The notes: a model not told the origin generated them from the letters alone. A stretch of 64,000 bases of DNA from Spirochaetia bacterium (GCA_965263295.1 OZ253665.1:1472001-1536000), one strand, 5' to 3'; positions 10,542-20,952 are shown, numbered from the stretch's first letter. A program made the numbers and translations.

Positions 10542-10575
10542 TTTTATAATACCTTTAAGGTATTCAGGGTATATT

Positions 10576-11052
10576 ATGTCTGGTTTTATTAGAAGGTTAG
10601 AGCAGTTTTGCGGGTATGCAGCGGGAACCCTTATTGTTGTCATCTCACTACTAGCGCTCTGGCAAGTGTTTTCTCGTTATGTCCTCAACTCTCCCAGTAC
10701 CGGTACTGAAGAATCCCTCAGATATTTGATGATATGGATGGGTTTCTTCGGAAGTGCGTATTGTTTTGGGCAGAATAAGCATCTTTCGCTAACTCTCATT
10801 GAGAATAAAGTGGGCAAGAGAATGAGATTGAGTATGAATATTTTGCAAAATATTATTGTAAATATCACCATATTCCTGGCACTAGTGTATGGCGGCTTTA
10901 ACCTGGTAATCTCCAGTATTGATCAGAGGTCATCTACCTTGGGCTGGTCTATGAGTCTGATATATCTAATTATGCCGCTCTCAGGAATTTTTATTATAAT
11001 TATGACTTTTTTCAATTTAATAAAGAATTTAGGCATTAATAAAAATAATTAG
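10576..11052 (+). CDS. dctQ: TRAP transporter small permease
   Basis: QVFSRY...TEE..RYLMIW...G, H-L motif, four TM segments. Confidence 0.9.
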   Translation: MSGFIRRLEQFCGYAAGTLIVVISLLALWQVFSRYVLNSPSTGTEESLRYLMIWMGFFGSAYCFGQNKHLSLTLIENKVGKRMRLSMNILQNIIVNITIFLALVYGGFNLVISSIDQRSSTLGWSMSLIYLIMPLSGIFIIIMTFFNLIKNLGINKNN

Positions 11053-11074
11053 TGATGGATAGAGTAATTTAATC

Positions 11075-12379
11075 ATGGAAAATGACATTATATATTCATG
11101 TATACTCCTCTTTGGAACATTTTCAATATTCTTATTTATCGGAATACCGATATCTGTTGGAATATTACTAGCATCTATTATTACACTTTCGTCAGAGCTT
11201 CCTTTCGATATGGTTTTGTTTACCAGTGGACAAAAAATGTTTTCCGGTATAGATAATTTTGGCTTGCTTGCCGCCCCGTTTTTTATTTTTTCTGGCAACT
11301 TGATGAACAAGGGTGGCATAGCCCGAAGATTAGTAAACCTGGCGCTCTTATTGGGGGGAAGGATTCCCGGTTCTCTACTACACGCAAATATAATTAGCAA
11401 TATGCTGTTTGGCAGCGTCTGCGGCTCATCTGTCGCGGCCGCCTCTGCGGTTGGGGGCTTTATGGATCCCATACAGAGAGAAAAAAAATATGATCCTAGC
11501 ATATGCGCTGCTGTGAATATCGCATCCGCTCCAACCGGACTCATGATTCCGCCTACAGGCATGTTTATAATATATTCGCTCTTGACGGGTACATCTGTCG
11601 CGGCACTTTTTATAGCGGCGTATATTCCTGGGATACTGATGGGGCTGGCCGTTATGGTGTATGCATATTATGCTGCTAAAAAGCATAACTATCCCCTAGA
11701 AGAACGTAAGAATTTGCGAGATACGTTTAAGATAATCCTAGATGCTGTTCCCAGTTTGGCCATGATTGTAATTGTCATAGGTGGGATTCTATCTGGTGTT
11801 TTCACGGCTACCGAAGGTGGTGCTATAGCCGTATTCTACGCTTTATTTTTATCTCTAATTTATAAGAATGTAAAGTTCAGAGATATACTGGCCATTGCCA
11901 TTGAATCTGCGCTCACATCAGGAACAATTTTATTTTTGATCGCTGCTTCTAGCCTTATGTCTTGGGTAATGTCATTTTTGTCTATCCCAGACACTATCAG
12001 TGAGATTCTGACAACTCTTTCTGATAACAAATATCTTATTCTAATAATTATGAATTTTACCCTCCTTGTGGCAGGGACATTCATGGATGTCGCACCTGCA
12101 CTCTTAATATTCACGCCAATATTTTATCCAGTTGCAATGGAAACCGGAATGGATCCTGTTCATTTTGGTGTCATGGTCGCATTCAATTTATGTATTGGTA
12201 ACTTTACGCCACCAGTGGGAAGTGCATTATTTGTCGGATGCAGCGTCGCCAGGGTATCGATAGATCAAGTTTTTAGACCTTTATTGCCCATATTTATACT
12301 ACTGGTATTGGCTATGATATTAGTGACCTATGTCCCTTTCTTATCTTTATTTCTGCCCAACTTATTCGGGATCTTGTGA
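11075..12379 (+). CDS. dctM: TRAP transporter large permease
   Basis: LLAAPFFI..GNLM..GGIA, GSSVA, IPP, GVFTATE, DPVHFG, TPPVG. Confidence 0.92.
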   Translation: MENDIIYSCILLFGTFSIFLFIGIPISVGILLASIITLSSELPFDMVLFTSGQKMFSGIDNFGLLAAPFFIFSGNLMNKGGIARRLVNLALLLGGRIPGSLLHANIISNMLFGSVCGSSVAAASAVGGFMDPIQREKKYDPSICAAVNIASAPTGLMIPPTGMFIIYSLLTGTSVAALFIAAYIPGILMGLAVMVYAYYAAKKHNYPLEERKNLRDTFKIILDAVPSLAMIVIVIGGILSGVFTATEGGAIAVFYALFLSLIYKNVKFRDILAIAIESALTSGTILFLIAASSLMSWVMSFLSIPDTISEILTTLSDNKYLILIIMNFTLLVAGTFMDVAPALLIFTPIFYPVAMETGMDPVHFGVMVAFNLCIGNFTPPVGSALFVGCSVARVSIDQVFRPLLPIFILLVLAMILVTYVPFLSLFLPNLFGIL

Positions 12380-12387
12380 GAATAATT

Positions 12388-13722
12388 ATGTACACAAACT
12401 TATCGGATTACAAGCCGATTAATAACGGAAGAGAACTGAATACAGAGGTTTTCCGCAAAGCCTTATCTGATATCGCTGCGCGAGGTGGTGGCGTGCTATA
12501 CGTCCCGCCAGGGAAATATCTCACCGGCAATATATGTCTTGAAGATAATACGTATCTTTATATTAGTGCCGGAGCTGAGTTGATCGCTTCTCCCAATTAC
12601 GACGACTTCTCATGTGCCCAGAGTGAAGTTGTTGCGGAAAATTCTCATCATGGATTTATTTTCGCAAAGAATCGAAATAATGTAGGTGTTATTGGACATG
12701 GAATCATCAATGGCAATGCCCCGGCATACAATTCCGAAAAAGCAGATGAACTGGGATATATAAAACCTAAAGGGAAAAGAATTAGAACATGCATTTTCGA
12801 AAATTGTCACAATGTGCTTGTGGAAGGAATAACGATAATTGATTCCGCCATGTGGACACTGCATTTTGTCTCTTGCGAATATGGACGCATAGCCAACGTC
12901 AACGTTTTGAACGGGTTCAAGTATTCAAATACGGATGCTATCGATATAGATGGATGTCGTAAATTTCATATTTATGGTTGTAACCTGAAAACTGCCGATG
13001 ATGGTGTGTGCCTGAAAACCAGTCGAAAAAACGAAAATTTGGATCGCATCTGTGAGAATATCCTGGTTGAAAACTGTATTATAGAGTCCCATAGCTCGGC
13101 TTTGAAAATAGGAACAGAAAGCTATAGTGATTTTAAAAATATCAAGTTCAGTAATATCTTGGTTGTAAAATCTAACAGGGGAATTGCCTTAGTATCTAGA
13201 GATGGTGGGAATATTCAGAATGTTACTTTTGATAACATATCAATCGAAAATGAATTCAAGGAAAAATGCCATTGGGGGAAAGCGGATTCTATATATCTGA
13301 GTGTAAAAAGAAGAGACCAGGACTTTCCTGCCGGCCATATAAGGGATATATATATTTCAAATATTTCGATAAAATCGCAAGGTGCGATTAACTTGCATTC
13401 AGAAGAACGGCACTTAGTCGAAAATATAAATATGTGCAATGTGAAAGCTCACCAGATTGGGAGTCTTAATCCAGATCGTGGGACATACGATATCCGGCCG
13501 CCCTGCAATCCTTATGAGAAGGGGAATATAGGAATGAATAATGTGTATGTACTGCTTGATGGCCAAGCCAGGCCGTGGGGAGTATATGAATATCCCGATG
13601 GACTGCCGGCCGTATTTATTGACAATATCAGCCAGAAAGAGGTGAAATTCGATCATTGTCGTTTCACGCAAGAAGCTGGGTTTTCGTGGAATTCTCAGCT
13701 CATAGCGTTTACCCAACCTTGA
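12388..13722 (+). CDS. Glycoside hydrolase family 28 (beta-helix), no signal peptide
   Basis: GGGVLYVPPGKYLTG, NTDAIDID, ADDGVCLK, ALKIGTES; alternative GTG start at 12376 overlaps the dctM stop. Confidence 0.85.
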   Translation: MYTNLSDYKPINNGRELNTEVFRKALSDIAARGGGVLYVPPGKYLTGNICLEDNTYLYISAGAELIASPNYDDFSCAQSEVVAENSHHGFIFAKNRNNVGVIGHGIINGNAPAYNSEKADELGYIKPKGKRIRTCIFENCHNVLVEGITIIDSAMWTLHFVSCEYGRIANVNVLNGFKYSNTDAIDIDGCRKFHIYGCNLKTADDGVCLKTSRKNENLDRICENILVENCIIESHSSALKIGTESYSDFKNIKFSNILVVKSNRGIALVSRDGGNIQNVTFDNISIENEFKEKCHWGKADSIYLSVKRRDQDFPAGHIRDIYISNISIKSQGAINLHSEERHLVENINMCNVKAHQIGSLNPDRGTYDIRPPCNPYEKGNIGMNNVYVLLDGQARPWGVYEYPDGLPAVFIDNISQKEVKFDHCRFTQEAGFSWNSQLIAFTQP

Positions 13723-13961
13723 CGATATATCTGCCGTCGATTTTTCCGAGTGAAAAAATGACCGGAAAATGACGGATAAATGCCGTAAAATCTGTGCATA
13801 TAGATGCAATGACGTCAGAGTTGGCGCTCCGGGGAGTTCTGGCAGTCTAAGCTGGTTTTTGCCTGTTTTATCTTAAATTTGGTTTTAGTTTTAGGCTGCA
13901 AGCGAGTGGGGGACCTTCCGCATGGAGAGAACTGTCAAGAACTATTATTTCGAATTATTGC

Positions 13962-14357
13962 CTATCGACTTCTCTTTAAAACAAAAGCATTATCCGCTTT
14001 CGATAAACCGATATGCGGATAATAGCTCATGGCCGAAGCGGACGAGAGCAGAATTAAGGATACTTCTTCGCCAATAGCTTCTCGGAGCATCCCAATAAGA
14101 CGCTTTCCTATTCCTTTCCCCTGATATCTTGTGTTTACGGCTAGATCCGATAGATAACAGCAGTAGCTAAAATCTGTCAGTGCGCGACAGAGACCGATTA
14201 GTTCCTTTTCATCCCAAGCCGAAATTGTCAAATTGGCCTCATCCAACATCCGTTTTATCCGAGGGATATCATGGCTAGGCCGAATAAGGCCTGAAGAATC
14301 GAAGACTCTGGCAACGTCTTGTGGATCCAAAGGGTAGTTGTGGTGGTATTTTATCAT
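13962..14357 (-). CDS. GNAT family N-acetyltransferase
   Basis: RALTDFSYCCYLSDLAV...YQGKGIGK (motif A), YYPHIG. Confidence 0.9.
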   Translation of the reverse strand: MIKYHHNYPLDPQDVARVFDSSGLIRPSHDIPRIKRMLDEANLTISAWDEKELIGLCRALTDFSYCCYLSDLAVNTRYQGKGIGKRLIGMLREAIGEEVSLILLSSASAMSYYPHIGLSKADNAFVLKRSR

Positions 14358-14394
14358 TAGAAACTGGCTCCTGAAATTACGCGATCTGGTTTAC

Positions 14395-14957
14395 TTTATA
14401 TTTTTTCTGCTGAAGTTTCGTTATTTCCTGGAAAATTCGTGGATATGGAAGTTTGTGTCACAATCTAATTGTTTTCTTGCAAATTGGGGAATATAAGGTT
14501 TAATACCCACTCCGATAACAATATTCTTTCCAAGAATACGTCTACGTGAAGTATTGATAATGAAATTATTACCGTTAAAATTGATGCTATTTACGCGCTC
14601 ATTGAAAAAATATTATTGTTATTTTCTGCGGCCCACTTCAAATAATCAGCGAACTCAAGACGAGAGATTTGATCAAATTGTGAGTTTAAAAACTGAATTA
14701 ATCGACCATGATGATGCAAATAAGAGATAAATGAAAATTTGTTTGTTGGATCAGCTAAGGTAACGAGATCCTTGAACATTGAAACTTGGAGCTTCGTATT
14801 TTTCAACATCATTCCATCGTGCCATGTGAAGCTTGGTTTCATATCAAAAAATATATTACTAACTAAATGTTTGTCATGTAACAACGAAGCGACACTCAAA
14901 TTTGATGGTCCACAGCCTATTCCGACGAGTTCATATTTTGGGGTTATTCGAAAACAA
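14395..14957 (-). pseudogene. Frameshifted, truncated lysine N6-/ornithine N5-monooxygenase (IucD/SidA family)
   Basis: YELVGIGCGPSNL FAD motif, F.WH.GMM, LQVSMFKDLVTLADPTNKFSF..YL, R.EF.DY..W. Similarity continues after a frameshift near 14605 (NERVNSINF...KNIVIGVGIKPYIP), then another shift and stops. GAGGAG+TTG start is out of frame. Confidence 0.8.
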
Positions 14958-15260
14958 TACTATTCTCCTCTAATATGCACATAAAGTGTATTGATTTTTA
15001 TTGTGCATTATAAGTCTAAATATAAACTATAGTAATAGATTATAATAAAATCTAGATTTAAACTCAACGATATTGGAACAATTTTCCGCTACTTTTTATA
15101 TATTATTGATATTATTGAATAATTTGTTGGCATTCGCGTGCAGGCTTTTATAGAATTTGCCCCCCGCCACCCCGATTCATGATGTGACTTGCCGGCCAAG
15201 GAAAAAGGGAAACAGCTGCCGGGCAACGGGGCTGGACAACTGGCGGCCGTTGCCAAGCTC

Positions 15261-15506
15261 TTACTGTTGGTCCAAGCTAAGAATTGATAATGCATTTGCC
15301 ATGCTCGTTGCGAGCGTGTCGACAACTCCGCTGCGCAGTGCGCCTAAGAGTGCCAGCGCCTTGGTGTTCTCGGCGGCGATGGCAATGACTTCAGGAATTT
15401 GATAGTAGTCTTCAAGACTTAAACCGATGATCCTGTCATTCATTGCCGTGACGACAGGTTGCCCGTCGCGGTTGAAGAAATCGTAGCCCGCGATATCTCC
15501 CACCAA
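15261..15506 (-). pseudogene. C-terminal fragment of a SorC/DeoR-type sugar-binding transcriptional regulator
   Basis: VGDIAGYDFF..DGQ......DRIIGL......IPEVIAIA....KA.ALLGALRSG..DTLAT; no HTH or N-terminus. Confidence 0.75.
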
Positions 15507-15809
15507 GCCGCACAGGTCATCATCGCCTACGAGCCCGTATGGGCAATTGGAGTGACGGGCACAGCGGCGAGAGAAGCGGAAGCGGAAGCCGTATGCACCC
15601 ACATCCGCGCGGCCTTGCGGGAACTGTACGGCGCGGCACAGGCGCTCGGCATGGCGGTGCTTTACGGCGGGAGTGTGGACCGCGATAACGCCAATGCCTT
15701 CTTGAAGCAAGCCAATATCGATGGCCTTTTTGTCGGACGCGGCGCCCAGAACGCCACAGATTTCCTGGCGCTGCTGCATATGGCGCAAGACACGACGACT
15801 GCCCTGTAA
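15504..15809 (+). pseudogene. C-terminal fragment of a triosephosphate-isomerase-family enzyme
   Basis: IAYEPVWAIG, VLYGGSV, IDGLFVGR; N-terminal ~150 aa including catalytic Lys/His missing. Confidence 0.8.
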
Positions 15810-15957
15810 TTGGTCTGGCAGTTGCGTTTTCAAGCCCGTTTTGCCTTTCGATGGCGCAGACGATGGCTTGCCCTCTCGTGTCCACAGCCCGTGCACCTAG
15901 TCGGGTTCCGCGCTGCAAAGCTCTGTCATCCGGCACGGGATGGCCCCCGTATTCCCG

Positions 15958-17343
15958 TCAAATTGGCTTCATTCTTGGCTCGGCATGGTGCACGACCTCA
16001 ATGACCGGTTTGTTTTGCGAAATCTCTTCCAGCTGGGCATGCAACGACGCCAGCCTCTTCGGGTCCAGATTGGCCCGCCATTCATCGAGCAGGAAAATTT
16101 CGATTCCGTCATCTTCAGACAGGTGCTTCAAGGCGGAATAGAGTCTCTGCCCGGTGGACAGGGTCGAAAACTCATGTAAGCCGACCATGTTTTCCGGGCA
16201 CAACAACACGGCATTGTCGCGGCGCAGCTTCAAAAGTTGGAGAAAAGTGCTCTTGCCAGCGCCGTTTTCGCCGGTTATGAGCATACGACCCGCCGGCTTT
16301 TTGAGGACATGGGAAAGCGCTTGGTCAATGTCGTGAAAGGTGCGGCCGTCGATTGTGATTTGGTCGATAACAATCCGGTGCCGAAATTGCTTTTGCGCTT
16401 CGCTTTCCATCCATTCATTGACAGATTCAGTCTCTTGCAGGGCTTGCATCCTGTCGATCAAATTATAAAAGGATGAAAAACTATTGAGAAAATCGTTTGA
16501 GTATTGCAATATTTGAACAATTCTGGGCGCGGAAACGATCAATCCGATCATTTGAGCTGTTGTCAATGCAATGAAACCGCCTCTATAAACCCAGATGATC
16601 AACACAAGGGAAACGATCATAACGATGGGCGGCATCGACGCCAGAAAAATGTATATAATATCTCTGGACTTGTATCTTTCAAGCAGGGACCTAAATTCCT
16701 TGAGGTCCTTCCCCAGATTTTTTCGAGGAAATAAATTTATTCGGGCCGGGATTATCGCCATATAGGCGATTAAGGCGATACGCGATTCTCGCAGTTTGAT
16801 TGCGTTCAGCCTGAGCTTTGGTCTTGTGACTAAAAATGCAAAAATCCCCAGTATTATCGCGCCGGTAAACATAAGGCCTGCAATAAAGCCTATGGCCCCC
16901 ATAATGGCAATGGAGTTGATCAACACACTTAAAATGGTATTCAATAAACTTTGCTGAAAATATATAAATTCAGAAATGACATCCCTTGATTCAGTGGATA
17001 AAATGCTGTGGATTTCCTTATGCTTGGACGCATCGGCCCCAGTGGGGCTGGAGGCCAGTTTTCGATACACCGATTTGCAGTGGACGCCCCAATGTCGGTA
17101 TTCAATTTGTCGGAGCGCCATATTGGCGCCGGAGCCGCTTAAATAGGCAAAAGCGATGAGCGCAAAAAAAATGAATAATGCATTCATCAGCATGCTGGCC
17201 GTCATGTCGTGAACATTTTCAATCGTCTTGATAATAAAATAGGTCGAAGCGCCAATCGCGCACTGCTGCATCAGGTTGAGGGTGCCGGTCAGCAAGCCCA
17301 TATTATATTTAAAATTATGTTTAAAGATACTTCTTAATTTCAC
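15958..17343 (-). CDS. Fused TMD-NBD ABC exporter-like protein with a very short ATPase domain
   Basis: About six hydrophobic segments, then GENGAGKST, LSTGQ, IFLLDEW, EVVHH. Confidence 0.75.
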   Translation of the reverse strand: MKLRSIFKHNFKYNMGLLTGTLNLMQQCAIGASTYFIIKTIENVHDMTASMLMNALFIFFALIAFAYLSGSGANMALRQIEYRHWGVHCKSVYRKLASSPTGADASKHKEIHSILSTESRDVISEFIYFQQSLLNTILSVLINSIAIMGAIGFIAGLMFTGAIILGIFAFLVTRPKLRLNAIKLRESRIALIAYMAIIPARINLFPRKNLGKDLKEFRSLLERYKSRDIIYIFLASMPPIVMIVSLVLIIWVYRGGFIALTTAQMIGLIVSAPRIVQILQYSNDFLNSFSSFYNLIDRMQALQETESVNEWMESEAQKQFRHRIVIDQITIDGRTFHDIDQALSHVLKKPAGRMLITGENGAGKSTFLQLLKLRRDNAVLLCPENMVGLHEFSTLSTGQRLYSALKHLSEDDGIEIFLLDEWRANLDPKRLASLHAQLEEISQNKPVIEVVHHAEPRMKPI

Positions 17344-17489
17344 TTTTTTAATCTATTTTTAGGGTCTGTGCCGTTCAATGGCCGGGCAGAGGGCCAGGGA
17401 AAGTTTTATTTGGGGATTCGTTTGTTTCGGCATAGAGCGCCTCGCGCGGTTGAGGCAATGCGGGGAACTCTAAAAATTAAGGGTATGAA

Positions 17490-18269
17490 TCAGTTCCTCA
17501 GGCCTAGCCCGCGAGTTACCAGCCCATACGCCAGGCCATACAAGAGGAGGACAAAAGCGCTCAGGACGGCGAGTGAGGTCAGGATGCCCACGTCGGAGAC
17601 GCCCAGAAAGCCATAGCGAAAAGCATTCACCATGTAAATGATCGGATTGATCTGCGATACCTGCTGCCAGAATTCTGGCAGCAGATGGATTGAGTAAAAT
17701 ACTCCGCCGAGATACGTCATCGGAGTCAATATAAAAGTTGGAACGATGGCGATATCGTCAAAGGTTTTTGCCAATATCCCATTAATCATGCCCCCCAGGC
17801 TGAACACCACAGAAGTCAGAAAGAGTGTGAGCGCGATCATTCCCCAGCTCTCTATGTGCAAGTCGACAAATAGCAATGATATCAAGGTGACAAGGATTCC
17901 CACCAAGACGCCGCGCGCGACACCGCCCATGACGAAACCGGCAATGATCACGTGGCTCGGTACCGGCGCTATCAATAATTCTTCGATATTTCTCTGAAAT
18001 TTATTGCCAAAAAAAGACGAGGCCACATTAGAGAACGAATTGGTTATCACCGCCATCATGATTAAGCCGGGCACAATGTATTCCATATAGCTAAAGCCAT
18101 TCATCTCGCCAATACGAGTCCCGATCAGGCGGCCAAAAATAATGAAATACAGGCTCATGGTGATGGCGGGAGGCACCAGGGTTTGCAGCCAGATGCGGAT
18201 GAAGCGTTTGACCTCCCGGCCGAGCAAACTTTGAAACGCTATCCAGTAGACTCCATACATGTTCATCAC
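17490..18269 (-). CDS. ABC-2 type transporter permease (YadH-like)
   Basis: RFIRIWLQTLVPP, YMEYIVPGLIMM, IEELL, LGGVFYS, NPIIYMVNAFRYGFLG. Confidence 0.9.
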   Translation of the reverse strand: MMNMYGVYWIAFQSLLGREVKRFIRIWLQTLVPPAITMSLYFIIFGRLIGTRIGEMNGFSYMEYIVPGLIMMAVITNSFSNVASSFFGNKFQRNIEELLIAPVPSHVIIAGFVMGGVARGVLVGILVTLISLLFVDLHIESWGMIALTLFLTSVVFSLGGMINGILAKTFDDIAIVPTFILTPMTYLGGVFYSIHLLPEFWQQVSQINPIIYMVNAFRYGFLGVSDVGILTSLAVLSAFVLLLYGLAYGLVTRGLGLRN

Positions 18270-19186
18270 TGCGCCCCCTGTTCGCGCACTATGTTGACAA
18301 ATAACTCTTCAAGGCGGTTGGCCTTGTTGCGCATCGACAATACTTTTATTTTTTGCTCTGTCAGCTGGGTAAAAATGTCATTCAGCCCCTGGGATTTTTC
18401 TAGTTCAATCTCCAGGGAACCATCGTGCCGATACTCAAAATTCATCCCCTCCAGCTTTGGCTCGGGCGAATCCGGCGCAAGGTCGAAAATAAAGGTCTCG
18501 ACATGCAGCTTAGCCAGCAGTTCCTTCATCGTCGTGTTTTCAATCAATTCGCCGCGATGGATGATGCCGATGTTGCGACACAGCATTTCCGCCTCTTCCA
18601 GGTAGTGAGTCGTCAAAATGATGGTTATGCCGCAGCGCTGATTGATATCCCGCAGGAACTCCCACATGGAACGGCGCAGTTCAATATCCACGCCGGCCGT
18701 CGGCTCGTCCAAAATCAGCAGCTGGGGCTCGTGTACCAAGGCGCGCGCAATCATCAGGCGGCGCTTCATGCCCCCCGATAGTTTGCCGGCCGGTTCGTCG
18801 CGCTTCTCCCAAAGCTCAAGCCGCGACAGATAGTCTTGCGCCCGCCGTTTCGCCAGGGCCTTGGGCACGCCGTAGTAGCCAGCCTGCTGCAATACCAGCT
18901 GTTCGACTTTTTCAAACTGGCTAAAGTTAAACTCCTGTGGCACCAGGCCGAGATGGCTTTTGGCCAGCTCCAGCTCCGTATCCATATCGCGCCCAAAGAT
19001 CTTCACTTTGCCTGAGCTTTTATTCACCAGCGAGCTAATCACGCCAATGGTCGTCGATTTTCCCGCCCCGTTGGGGCCAAGCAGGGCATAGAAATCGCCG
19101 CGCTCAACCTGCAGACTGATGCCTTTCAAGGCTTCGAGGCCGTTCGCATAAGTTTTACGCAACTGTTTGATATCCAACGCATACAT
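18266..19186 (-). CDS. ABC transporter ATP-binding protein (YadG-like)
   Basis: GPNGAGKST, LSGGMKRR, LILDEPTAGVD, TTHYLEEAE, NRLEELF. Confidence 0.92.
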   Translation of the reverse strand: MYALDIKQLRKTYANGLEALKGISLQVERGDFYALLGPNGAGKSTTIGVISSLVNKSSGKVKIFGRDMDTELELAKSHLGLVPQEFNFSQFEKVEQLVLQQAGYYGVPKALAKRRAQDYLSRLELWEKRDEPAGKLSGGMKRRLMIARALVHEPQLLILDEPTAGVDIELRRSMWEFLRDINQRCGITIILTTHYLEEAEMLCRNIGIIHRGELIENTTMKELLAKLHVETFIFDLAPDSPEPKLEGMNFEYRHDGSLEIELEKSQGLNDIFTQLTEQKIKVLSMRNKANRLEELFVNIVREQGAQ

Positions 19187-19329
19187 AAGCGGGCATTACT
19201 CCTAGTGTCGATTAGGGAACTATAAATAGCGACTTTAATATCATTTTTCAAGCCCCCTGTCTTCCGGTCGTTCCGGCATTTTCCCCGCCGCCGCGCTGGA
19301 ATTTGCCGGCAATTCTGGCTGGCGGTAGC

Positions 19330-20952
19330 TCAGGAATGCGGCAGTTCGGGCAGCCCAAGTTCAGTCAGAAACGCGTTGTGCCTGGCCGTCGACTCCCGAA
19401 TCTTATTCTCGATTTCAACCAGCTCCTTGTGCGTGACCCGCAGATCGATCTCTTTTTCCGGCTCGGCGGTGCTGACATAGCGCGAGATGTTCAGGTTGAA
19501 GTCGTTTTTCTCGATCTCGTCCATCTTCACGCGCCTGGCGTAGCGCTCAATGCTCTTTGGACGCTCTTTGTATGTATCGACGATATAGTCGATATGCTCC
19601 TCCGACAAGTTGTTTTGCCGCTTGCCCTTGTCAAAGCCTTCACTGGCGTTGATAAACAGGACGTCGTCGGGCTTTTTGCACTTCTTCAAAACCAGGATGC
19701 AGACCGGAATGCCGGTGGAATAAAACAAGTTGGCCGGCAGGCCGATCACCGTGTCGATGTGGCCGTCTTTGAGCAGTTTCGTGCGGATCTTCTCCTCGGC
19801 GCCGCCGCGAAACAACACGCCGTGTGGCAGGATGATGGCCATCACGCCGTCGTCCTTCAGGTAGTGAAAGCCGTGCAGCAAAAAAGCGAAGTCCGCCGCC
19901 GACTTCGGGGCCAGACCGTAATTTTTGAAGCGCACGTCCTTGCCCAAGGCTTCGTTCGGGTCCCAGCGGTAACTGAACGGCGGGTTGGCGACCACCGCGT
20001 CAAAATACGGTTTCTTCGCCGGATTTTCCTCGCGCAGCATGTCCCAGTCGTTGGTCAGCGTGTCGCCGTGAAAAATCTCGAACTCGGTATCTTTTACCCC
20101 GTGCAGCAGCATGTTCATGCGCGCCAGGTTGTAGGTGGTTATATTTTTTTCCTGCCCGCAGATTTTGCCGATGCCATGCGGCCCCATGCGCTTGCGCACA
20201 TTCAAAAGCAGGGAGCCCGAACCGCAGGCGAAGTCCATCACGCTGGCGAGATGTTTGCGCGGGCCGGTTTTCGGGTCCTGGCCGTCGAGCGTTACGATCG
20301 CCGAGAGAATGTCCGATATCCGCTGCGGCGTGTAGAACTCGCCGGCCTTCTTGCCCGATCCGGCGGCGAATTGACCGATCAGATATTCATAGGCGTCGCC
20401 CAGGTCGTCACTGCCGGTCGAGAGTCCCGCGATGCCCTCGGCAATCTTAGTGATAATTGTGTAGAGCTTTTCATTCTGGGCCTCGTAGGTTTTGCCGAGC
20501 TTTTCGGAATTGAGATTGATTTCCGAGAAAAGCCCGGAGAACGTGCTGTGGAAGGACTCGTTCTCAATATATTTGAAGCCGTTCTGAAGCGTTTTCAGCA
20601 GATCGCCATTCTGGGTGCGGGCCATGTGGGCGATGCTGGTCCAGAGGTATTCAGGGCGAATGACATAATGCGCCTTGCGCCGCATCTGCCTTTCGAAGTC
20701 CGGCACATCGCCGGGGTTCTGCTCGTACCAGGCCGACAGCGGCGACCGCCCGCCATTGCCAATGGCATTCGGGTCGGGGTAGTCGGGTCCCAGTTCCTTA
20801 GCCGCGGCCTGCTCGTAATTGTCCGAGAGGTAGCGAAGAAACAGCAGGGCGAGCATGTAGTCACGGAAATCGTCGGCGTTCATCGCCCCGCGCAGTTGAT
20901 CGGCGATCTTCCACAGCGTATCGCCAAGATTTTTGTTATCTTGTTCTGTCAT
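19330..20952 (-). CDS. hsdM: Type I R-M methyltransferase subunit
   Basis: LWKIADQLRG, GEFYTP, DFACGSGSLL, NPPF, LPHGVLFRG, NLNISRY. Confidence 0.95.
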   Translation of the reverse strand: MTEQDNKNLGDTLWKIADQLRGAMNADDFRDYMLALLFLRYLSDNYEQAAAKELGPDYPDPNAIGNGGRSPLSAWYEQNPGDVPDFERQMRRKAHYVIRPEYLWTSIAHMARTQNGDLLKTLQNGFKYIENESFHSTFSGLFSEINLNSEKLGKTYEAQNEKLYTIITKIAEGIAGLSTGSDDLGDAYEYLIGQFAAGSGKKAGEFYTPQRISDILSAIVTLDGQDPKTGPRKHLASVMDFACGSGSLLLNVRKRMGPHGIGKICGQEKNITTYNLARMNMLLHGVKDTEFEIFHGDTLTNDWDMLREENPAKKPYFDAVVANPPFSYRWDPNEALGKDVRFKNYGLAPKSAADFAFLLHGFHYLKDDGVMAIILPHGVLFRGGAEEKIRTKLLKDGHIDTVIGLPANLFYSTGIPVCILVLKKCKKPDDVLFINASEGFDKGKRQNNLSEEHIDYIVDTYKERPKSIERYARRVKMDEIEKNDFNLNISRYVSTAEPEKEIDLRVTHKELVEIENKIRESTARHNAFLTELGLPELPHS

